Source of the DNA: Acidimicrobiales bacterium
GTDB lineage: Bacteria > Actinomycetota > Acidimicrobiia > Acidimicrobiales > RAAP-2
Direction of reading: 5' to 3'
Length of the DNA stretch: 24,000 nt
Assembly (NCBI GenBank): GCA_052143315.1
Contig: JBKQTE010000092.1
Location: forward strand, 47,159-71,158
The notes under the pieces are model-generated. The model saw nothing but the letters and a program-made list of their open reading frames with translations, made no database searches and was not told the DNA's origin. Position numbers and translations under genes: made by a program. This document shows, in pieces, positions 18,099-24,000 of the stretch (positions are counted from its first letter, which is position 1; each line of letters opens with the position of its first letter).

Positions 18099-20068
18099 CG
18101 CGCCGCCATCTGGGCGAGCATGTGATCGCGCAAGAGGTGGGCGGAGTGCGAGAGCGCGTCGGTGGCGTCCTCCATGGCACACGAGATCAGATCGGCGACG
18201 TGGAGGCTCCGGAATTCAGGGGCCTTCTCGACGAGACCGGATCGGGCCGAGCGGTCCGCGCCATCGGCCTCGTGCTCGAAGGTGACCACCTTGTCGACGG
18301 CAACGAGGAAGTCGTCGAGCTCGTCGTCGCCCCCACCCCCGACCAGCTCGCGGGCGATCTCGAGTGCCTTCAGGTGCTCCCGGGCGGCGAAGACGGTGAT
18401 TCCGGCCAATGGCTCGAGGATCGGGCACACCACCGCGATGGCCCCGGCCGGGAGCAGGGTGAGCAAGAAGAGTGCCTCTTCGAGATCGTCGATAGCGTCG
18501 TCCAGACGGGAGACGGTCGACGCGATGGCACCGGCGCCGTCGACCCGTTCAGCCGCCAGTCGCACGGCGCCGAGTATCTCGTCGGCCCGATGCTCCCATG
18601 TCGCCGCCCGTGCCGAGGCCCGGTTCAGATGGGCGTTGCCGCCGGGCATCCCGAGACGGATGAGGGCAGCACGCAGCGACTGCGCGGTCTCCACCACCAG
18701 GCTCCCGTGCTCGGCGACCAGATCGAACAGCTGCTGATGAGCGGCTTGCACGTGCTTCAGCACTTCGATTCGCACTTCGTCGCGGACCAGCGCGGCGGAC
18801 TTGCCCTCCAGCATCCCCTCGGAAGAGGTGCGGATGGCGAACCGCAGGACAGCCAGGGTGGCGTCGATCCCCAGGACGTCGCCCAGTGGTTCCCCGTATC
18901 GGAGCGGGACCCTGTTCGACAGCTCGATGGCCTCGAAGATGAGGCGTTCGCCGCCCATCTGCAGGAATGCCAGGTGGCCGAGGTCCTCGTCGGCCGCCCA
19001 GCGGAGCAACTCGATCGCCTGCCTCTTCTTCACGATCAATCCGAGCCGCTTGCGGGCACGATTCCAATCGATGAGGAAGACCAACCGCGACCCCAGGTAG
19101 CGAAGGTAGGACTCGAGGGACTCCCGGTCGGGGGCGTCGAAGCGTCCGCTGACCACATGGTGCTCGCCCAGCGCTCCCCGGTCGTGCTGGTGGTAGGTGT
19201 CGGACCACCGGACGGAGAACCGGCCGAGCATCGACTCGAAGAAGTTCAGCCGTTCGAGATGGACGTCGCTATAGGTCACCGTGACAGCGAGGCCCTCGAC
19301 CGCGACGACGATGACGTGGGCGTTGGTCATGCCGATGTCGTTCTCGATCAGTACCTTCGGCCCCGAACGTGTCGCCGTCGTGCCCAGGCCGGGGTGGTCG
19401 AACTTCAGCGGTTCGGTGGCGTGAAGACCGGCCATGAAGGACGAGACCAACGAGCGATCGCCGACGTCGAGCCCGTACACGAAGGCGCCGTCGAGGATCT
19501 CCGTCGCCACCTCGATCTGCAGCTGGTTCAGGGCGCGGTGGGCATCCATGATCAGCAGGTGGAGGGAGTCGCCCGAGCGTCGGTCAGCCGATGCCATGCG
19601 TTCCACATAGGCCCCGGGGATGCAGCCGGCGTTCAGGTCCGGCGCATCGGCGAGCAGCGCCTGCAGGCGGTGGACGTACCCGTCGGGGCCCACGCCAGCA
19701 ACTTCGAGGGGGGCGATCATGTCGGAGATGGCCTCAGCCAAGCCGGCATGGACGGTTCCGATCCCCGGGACCAGATAGCGGTCTTCCCCGGAGAGCCGTG
19801 CCTGCTCGACGAGGCCGTCGAGCCGCTCATTGGCGACACCCGCAGCCAGCCGATCCTCGCGGAGTGACGAGAAGGGCCGGTCCGGCTGATCGGCATGGGC
19901 ACGAGCGGCCTGGATGAGAGCCAGGAGGTACTTGGCGCGATCGTTGGCCTCGAGCCCGCGATTGATCAACAACGGCAGGACCAGGGACGATTCGCCCAGA
20001 TTCTGCACGATCTCCGGCTTGGACAGGTGGGGCTCGTGCCCTCCGACGGTCGGCGGGATCTCTGCCAT
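18095..20068 (-). CDS. 657-aa hypothetical protein; N-terminal ~430 aa unrecognised, C-terminal ~225 aa PhoU_div/DUF47-like helical domain
   Basis: ATG at 20068 is preceded by GGGGAGTAGGA. Amino-acid composition is normal and third positions are mostly G/C, whereas the 581-aa antisense ORF is G/R/D/E/P-rich. The C-terminus has a duplicated pattern: WEHRADEILGAVR...LDDAIDDLEEALF and FEHEADGADRSARS...MEDATDALSHSAHLL. No P-loop or TM segment seen. Confidence 0.7.
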   Translation of the reverse strand: MAEIPPTVGGHEPHLSKPEIVQNLGESSLVLPLLINRGLEANDRAKYLLALIQAARAHADQPDRPFSSLREDRLAAGVANERLDGLVEQARLSGEDRYLVPGIGTVHAGLAEAISDMIAPLEVAGVGPDGYVHRLQALLADAPDLNAGCIPGAYVERMASADRRSGDSLHLLIMDAHRALNQLQIEVATEILDGAFVYGLDVGDRSLVSSFMAGLHATEPLKFDHPGLGTTATRSGPKVLIENDIGMTNAHVIVVAVEGLAVTVTYSDVHLERLNFFESMLGRFSVRWSDTYHQHDRGALGEHHVVSGRFDAPDRESLESYLRYLGSRLVFLIDWNRARKRLGLIVKKRQAIELLRWAADEDLGHLAFLQMGGERLIFEAIELSNRVPLRYGEPLGDVLGIDATLAVLRFAIRTSSEGMLEGKSAALVRDEVRIEVLKHVQAAHQQLFDLVAEHGSLVVETAQSLRAALIRLGMPGGNAHLNRASARAATWEHRADEILGAVRLAAERVDGAGAIASTVSRLDDAIDDLEEALFLLTLLPAGAIAVVCPILEPLAGITVFAAREHLKALEIARELVGGGGDDELDDFLVAVDKVVTFEHEADGADRSARSGLVEKAPEFRSLHVADLISCAMEDATDALSHSAHLLRDHMLAQMAAR

Positions 20069-20200
20069 GGGTAGTTCCTACTCCCCGGCCGTCATCTGAC
20101 GACAGAGGCGAACGTCCCAATGGCATCCGCAGGTCCATGACCAGGACAGCTCCGGCCCGACATGCCGGGTGCGAACCGCTGAGCCTGGCGGCATCTCTGT

Positions 20201-21778
20201 TCAGTCGATGCCGACCACCCGGTTCCGACCGGCGGACTTGGCTTTGTAGAGGTTGGCGTCGGCTCGCAGCAGCACCGAGTCGATCGACTCGGTGCCGTCC
20301 CAGGCGGCGACCCCGCCCGAGAAGGTCACCGTGGTGGCTGTATCTTCGGAGACCGTCTGCTGGCGTATGGCTTCCACCAGCTGGGTCGCCCCTCTACCAT
20401 CAGTCTCGGGAAGCACGAGGCAGAACTCCTCGCCGCCGTACCGGGCCAGGATGTCCTGTGAGCGGATACGTCCGCTGATGCCATCGGAGAACCGGCGCAA
20501 CATCCTGTCGCCGGCAATGTGGCCATTGCGGTCGTTGAAGCTCTTGAAGTCGTCGAGGTCGAGAATGGCGACCGAGAAGGTCTTGTTGTTCTTGCGGCCC
20601 CGGCTGAGCTCGTTGTCGAGCGCGTGAAAGAGGCGCCGGCGATTGGCGATACCGGTCAACTCGTCGATGCTGGCCAGCTCCACCAGCCAGGAGATGAGCC
20701 GGGCCCGGTCGCACATGGCAGCCAGCAAGGCGACGCCTGCGGCGAGAAGGGTGTGATCCACCGGGACATGCAGCACCGACATCGCCGGCACGACGAGCAC
20801 CACATCGACACCGCCGGCAGACGATGGTGTGGCCACGAACGTGCCGGTGGAGGTCCAATGGTTGGAGTCGGCGGCGCGCGCCGGAAGGTCACCGAGCTGA
20901 TCGGGGTCGGGCCAATCGGGATCGGGCCACGAGAGGACCGGCTGGAGCAACCCAGCCTGGCGGGTGAAGATGGCGTAGTGGTCGACGTCGAGCGCCTCGG
21001 CCAAGCGGCTAGCAATGGGGTCGAGATCCTCGGGCCAGGCGCGCAGCGTTCCCGCATAGGAGGCGAGCACCGCCAACGACTGGTTCCTGTGGACCCCGTA
21101 GAGCGACCCTTTGAGGGCCCTGTCCATGGCCAGGGCCACGATTGCCGCCGTACCGGAGAACAGGACGGTGAGCCAGACGGCTTCGACAGCTGGGACCTGC
21201 ACACCCGATTCCACCCCGAGCGTGACGACGAGGACGATCCATGCCGTTGCGATCATCCCGATGTTGCCCAGTAGGACTGCGACGAGGAAGATGGTGCACG
21301 GCATGAGCAGGAGTACGCCGCCACGGATCCCGAATGCCACGCCGAACAGTCCGAACTCGACGATGGTGGCCCATGTCGCCACGATGCTGCGCTTCGGTTG
21401 GAACCACTCGAAACGTCCCTCGTTCTGCGCTTTCAGCTCACAGATGTTCCACACCGTCACGCCGGCAAACAACACGAGGCACGCAACCAGCGCGCCGACG
21501 GACCGAAGGTGCGGCCGGTCGAAGAGCGCGGCCAGCGCGAACAGCGGGATGACGAGACCCAGGATCAGTATCGACTGGGTTGCCCGCTTGAGCGCCAAGC
21601 CCGTAGGCTCATAGCGGAATTGGATCCAACCGCGTCTCCAGAGCGGGACTTCACCGTCCGGCTCTGACCCCGGAGCCGACCCCGGCAGATGTGCCGGGTC
21701 TTCGGGCGCGCTCCAAGGATTATCCACGCTCAATTTGTCGGCTCCCTCGACCCATACCTTGAGACGGTCGGGAGCCAT
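20201..21778 (-). CDS. Membrane-anchored diguanylate cyclase (GGDEF domain)
   Basis: C-terminal ELTGIANRRRLF...DLDDFKSFNDRNGHIAGD...RSQDILARYGGEEFCLVL has an intact GGEEF active site, with an RxxD (RSQD) I-site five residues upstream. There are about 5-6 hydrophobic helices between aa 65 and 225, then a ~150-aa linker domain. The start is uncertain: ATG 21778 lacks an obvious SD, while TTG 21733 follows GAGGGAG. Confidence 0.85.
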   Translation of the reverse strand: MAPDRLKVWVEGADKLSVDNPWSAPEDPAHLPGSAPGSEPDGEVPLWRRGWIQFRYEPTGLALKRATQSILILGLVIPLFALAALFDRPHLRSVGALVACLVLFAGVTVWNICELKAQNEGRFEWFQPKRSIVATWATIVEFGLFGVAFGIRGGVLLLMPCTIFLVAVLLGNIGMIATAWIVLVVTLGVESGVQVPAVEAVWLTVLFSGTAAIVALAMDRALKGSLYGVHRNQSLAVLASYAGTLRAWPEDLDPIASRLAEALDVDHYAIFTRQAGLLQPVLSWPDPDWPDPDQLGDLPARAADSNHWTSTGTFVATPSSAGGVDVVLVVPAMSVLHVPVDHTLLAAGVALLAAMCDRARLISWLVELASIDELTGIANRRRLFHALDNELSRGRKNNKTFSVAILDLDDFKSFNDRNGHIAGDRMLRRFSDGISGRIRSQDILARYGGEEFCLVLPETDGRGATQLVEAIRQQTVSEDTATTVTFSGGVAAWDGTESIDSVLLRADANLYKAKSAGRNRVVGID

Positions 21779-21836
21779 GGCATCAGGGCCGGCCCAGACC
21801 TTCGACCATCTCGCTACGGCCCGCGACCAACCTGCA

Positions 21837-22361
21837 TCAGCCCCGTATGAATCGTGCGCTGACCACCACGCGGTTCTTCAGACCAGCCCCCATCTTGGAC
21901 CACGTGATGCCCCACTCGCTTCGATCGATGTCGACCTCGGTATTGACCGTGGCCGTGCCACTGGTGATGCTGACTTCTGCCGGGACGGTCAGTGGCTGGG
22001 TCCTGCCGTGCACCGTCAGGCTCCCAATGACCTCCACCTTGCCATCGGCCACAGGATGCCCGCCGGTGGCGGTGAAGGTGATGGTTGGGTACTTCATGAC
22101 TTCGAGGAAGTCCGCCGTGCGCAGGTGCTCGTCTCGCTTCTTGTTTCCGGTGTCAATCGAAGCCGCGTCGAGGACGAGCGAGCCGCTGAACGCCCCTTCA
22201 TCGTCGACGGTGCCCGAACCACCTACCGCCTTCACCGTTCCCTTCACGTTGAGCACCCACATGGCTTTGGTGTGGAATTCGACCGACGTCGTGCCCGGGT
22301 CAAGGGTCCAGGAGCCAAACAGGGTGGACAGGTCCGTGACGGACGAGTTGGGAGTCGTCAT
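21837..22361 (-). CDS. YceI-like polyisoprenoid-binding family protein
   Basis: GSWTLDPGTTSVEFHTKAMWVLNVKGTV...KKRDEHLRTADFLEVMKYPTITF...LTVHGRTQPLTV matches the YceI lipocalin-like pattern. ATG 22361 is preceded by GGAGG 7 nt upstream. The upstream 79 codons of the track ORF (to 22598) are P/G/R/A-rich and look non-coding. Confidence 0.85.
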   Translation of the reverse strand: MTTPNSSVTDLSTLFGSWTLDPGTTSVEFHTKAMWVLNVKGTVKAVGGSGTVDDEGAFSGSLVLDAASIDTGNKKRDEHLRTADFLEVMKYPTITFTATGGHPVADGKVEVIGSLTVHGRTQPLTVPAEVSITSGTATVNTEVDIDRSEWGITWSKMGAGLKNRVVVSARFIRG

Positions 22362-22582
22362 TGTGGTGCCTCCATCGGTTCGAACAATCTTGCCGATAGA
22401 CCACAGTAGTTCGGTTGTCCGAGCCGTCGTGCCCCGAGGAGACGCCAGGGCGAACGGGTGAAGATCGACGAACGGACCTGCACGAGTCCACGGTCCACGA
22501 GGGCCTACCCAATCGGGCGCACCTCGTCCCGCCGGCGATGCAGGCCACGCGCCGCCCTTCCGGAGCAGGAGCGGGCGCGAAA

Positions 22583-22609
22583 CGACCCCGGGGGACATCC
22601 CCGGGGTCG
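22583..22609 (-). terminator. Candidate intrinsic terminator downstream of the FN3-repeat gene
   Basis: CGACCCCGGGG (22583-22593) pairs with CCCCGGGGTCG (22599-22609): an 11-bp GC stem with a 5-nt loop. On the minus strand it is followed by GTTTCG. It lies about 57 nt after the stop at 22666-22668. Confidence 0.45.
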
Positions 22610-22665
22610 GTTCGTTTCTGCCTACCTGTCTCTCAGCAGGCGCCTGGCGGGCGTGTCACCAGTGG

Positions 22666-24000
22666 TCAGCAGATGCCGAAGAACAGGTGCAGCAGGAACA
22701 CCAGCCAGGCCGGGAACCCGGTGCAGATGTTGGGAGCCGACGGCGTGATAGCGGCAGATGCTGCGGAGGCCGCGCCGGTGCCGACTGCGTTGATCGCCGC
22801 CACCGTAAAGGTGTAGGCGGTCCCGTTGGTCAGGCCGGTGATGGTGTCACTGGTCACGTTGCCGACCTTCACCGGGCTCAGCTCCTTGCCGGCGGCATAC
22901 GGCGTGATGACGTAGCCGGTGATGGCGCTTCCACCGTTGGAGGCAGGTGCCTTCCAAGTGACGGTGGCCGAGGCATTGCCGGCCGTGGCCGAGACACCGG
23001 TCGGTGCACCAGGCACCGTGGTGGTCGGGGCGGCCGGAGTTACCGAGTTCGACGCAGCCGAGGCCGCACCGGTGCCGACGGCGTTGATCGCCGCCACCGT
23101 GAAGGTGTAGGCGGTCCCGTTGGTCAGGCCGGTGACGGTGTCACTGGTCACGTTGCCGACGGTGACGGCAGACCCGCTGGACGGCGTGATGACGTAGCCG
23201 GTGATCGGCGAGCCACCCGTGTTGGTCGGAGCCGTCCAGGCGACGGTGGCCGAGGCGTTGCCGGCCGTGGCGGTGCCGATGGTCGGAGCACCGGGAACGG
23301 TTGCGATCGGTTGCGGGGTCACTGAGTTCGACGCCGCCGAGGCCGGACCGGTGCCAACCGCGTTGATCGCCGCCACCGTGAAGGTGTAGGCGGTCCCGTT
23401 GGTCAGGCCGGTGACGGTGTCACTGGTCACGTTGCCGACGGTGACGGCAGAGCCGCTCGACGGCGTGATGACGTAGCCGGTGATCGGCGAGCCACCATTG
23501 GAGGCCGGAGCCGTCCAGGTGACGGTGGCCGAGGCGTTGCCGGCCGTGGCGGTGCCGATGGTCGGAGCGCCAGGGACGGTTGCCGGGGCGGCGGGGGTGA
23601 CCGAGTTGGAGGAAGCCGACTGGGCGCCGGTGCCAACCGCGTTGATCGCCGCCACCGTGAAGGTGTAGGCGGTCCCGTTGGTCAGGCCGGTGACGGTGTC
23701 ACTGGTCACGTTGCCGACGGTTAGGGGAGACCCACTAGACGGCGTGATGACGTAGCCGGTGATTGCCGAGCCACCCGTGTTGGTCGGAGCCGTCCAGGTG
23801 ACGGTGGCCGAGGCATTGCCCGCCGTGGCGGTGCCGATGGTCGGAGCACCCGGGGCTGTGACGGGGGTGACCGAGTTGGACGCTGCGGACTGGGCACCGG
23901 TACCGACCGCGTTGATCGCTGCGACCTTGAAGGTGTAGGCGGTCCCGTTGGTCAGGCCGGTGACGGTGTCACTGGTCACGTTGCCGACGGTGACGGCAGA
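22666..24000 (-). CDS. Fibronectin type III tandem-repeat protein with a C-terminal hydrophobic tail; 5' end lies beyond the window
   Basis: The minus frame is open to nt 24000 (1335 nt, in frame). At least five FN3-like units of the type PGAPTIGTATAGNASATVTWTAP..GGSPITGYVITPSSGS.VTVGNVTSDTVTGLTNGTAYTFTVAAINAVGTG are present. The protein ends ...PSAPNICTGFPAWLVFLLHLFFGIC. Confidence 0.85.
   Translation of the reverse strand, partial: SAVTVGNVTSDTVTGLTNGTAYTFKVAAINAVGTGAQSAASNSVTPVTAPGAPTIGTATAGNASATVTWTAPTNTGGSAITGYVITPSSGSPLTVGNVTSDTVTGLTNGTAYTFTVAAINAVGTGAQSASSNSVTPAAPATVPGAPTIGTATAGNASATVTWTAPASNGGSPITGYVITPSSGSAVTVGNVTSDTVTGLTNGTAYTFTVAAINAVGTGPASAASNSVTPQPIATVPGAPTIGTATAGNASATVAWTAPTNTGGSPITGYVITPSSGSAVTVGNVTSDTVTGLTNGTAYTFTVAAINAVGTGAASAASNSVTPAAPTTTVPGAPTGVSATAGNASATVTWKAPASNGGSAITGYVITPYAAGKELSPVKVGNVTSDTITGLTNGTAYTFTVAAINAVGTGAASAASAAITPSAPNICTGFPAWLVFLLHLFFGIC
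22744..24000. repeat. Tandem in-frame coding repeats of 270-294 bp (FN3 modules) with long identical nucleotide stretches
   Basis: The anchor string GTGTAGGCGGTCCCGTTGGTCAGGCCGGTGA recurs at 22811, 23105, 23384, 23663 and 23933, giving spacings of 294, 279, 279 and 270 nt. One 60-nt block is identical at 23113-23172, 23392-23451 and 23941-24000. Confidence 0.9.

Noticed and set aside
18122-19867. 581-aa + strand ORF (and 17091-18125 +, 344 aa) opposite the 657-aa and PPDK-like genes
   Set aside because: The translation is G/R/D/E/P/Q-rich with no motifs. The minus-strand frames carry recognisable PPDK and PhoU-like motifs, RBSs and G/C-biased third positions. This is typical high-GC antisense shadow.
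20069-20200. Search for a terminator or structured RNA in the 132-bp GGDEF / 657-aa gene spacer
   Set aside because: Only 4-5 bp stems were found (e.g. CCCG..CGGG, TGCCG..CGGCA). There is nothing convincing and no recognisable riboswitch.
22374-22397. Short inverted repeat ATCGG-N14-CCGAT around a TTCGAA palindrome just upstream of the yceI RBS (possible operator)
   Set aside because: The arms are only 5 bp, and there is no second copy or known motif match. It cannot be supported from sequence alone.
22362-22816. + strand ORFs 22415-22816 (133 aa) and 22458-22748 (96 aa), and the N-terminal 79-codon extension of the YceI ORF (to 22598)
   Set aside because: They are Arg/Pro/Gly-rich, have no RBS, and overlap the terminator hairpin and the FN3 gene's 3' end. 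YceI homology begins right after ATG 22361, which has a GGAGG RBS.
22744-24000. Tandem repeats as a possible CRISPR array or satellite; also the three N-x-S/T sequons per FN3 unit (NAS, NVT, NGT) as glycosylation sites
   Set aside because: The repeats are 270-294 bp, contiguous, in frame and encode FN3 domains, so there is no short-repeat/unique-spacer structure. The NGTAYTF and NVT motifs are ordinary conserved FN3 strand sequences, and nothing in the window suggests an N-glycosylation system.

Overview
High-GC (roughly 70% by eye), densely coding, actinobacterial-type chromosomal segment. I saw no rRNA, tRNA, CRISPR array, transposase or integrase. All calls come from reading the translated ORFs and the raw sequence; no database search was run. 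Left third (+ strand): the 3' part of ppsA, then gap, then a pyruvate/2-oxoacid:ferredoxin oxidoreductase (porG-porA-porB). No separate delta-ferredoxin gene is present; instead a GTGA-coupled GltD-like NAD(P)H flavoprotein carries a PorD-like N-terminal segment and a C-terminal 2x[4Fe-4S] domain. Middle: a FtsX/MacB-type ABC permease plus ATPase. On the minus strand sits an APH-like/P-loop double-kinase fusion, followed by a 52-aa coiled-coil micro-ORF that is missing from the ORF track. Divergent from the kinase is a [NiFe]-hydrogenase maturation operon, hypF-hypC-hypD-hypE, plus a fifth coupled ORF whose C-terminal half looks HypC-like. Right third (- strand): an FN3 tandem-repeat protein running off the window, a YceI-like protein and a membrane GGDEF cyclase. 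The most unusual element is also here: a 657-aa protein with an unrecognised N-terminal ~430 aa and a PhoU_div/DUF47-like C-terminus. It is GTGA-coupled to a PPDK homolog that keeps the ATP-grasp and phospho-His swivel domains but lacks the PEP/pyruvate TIM barrel. Start/stop overlaps (ATGA, GTGA, TGATG, or 4-17 nt) link nearly all genes within the por, ABC and hyp blocks and the PPDK-like pair, which argues for operons. The many long antisense ORFs in the track are high-GC shadows.
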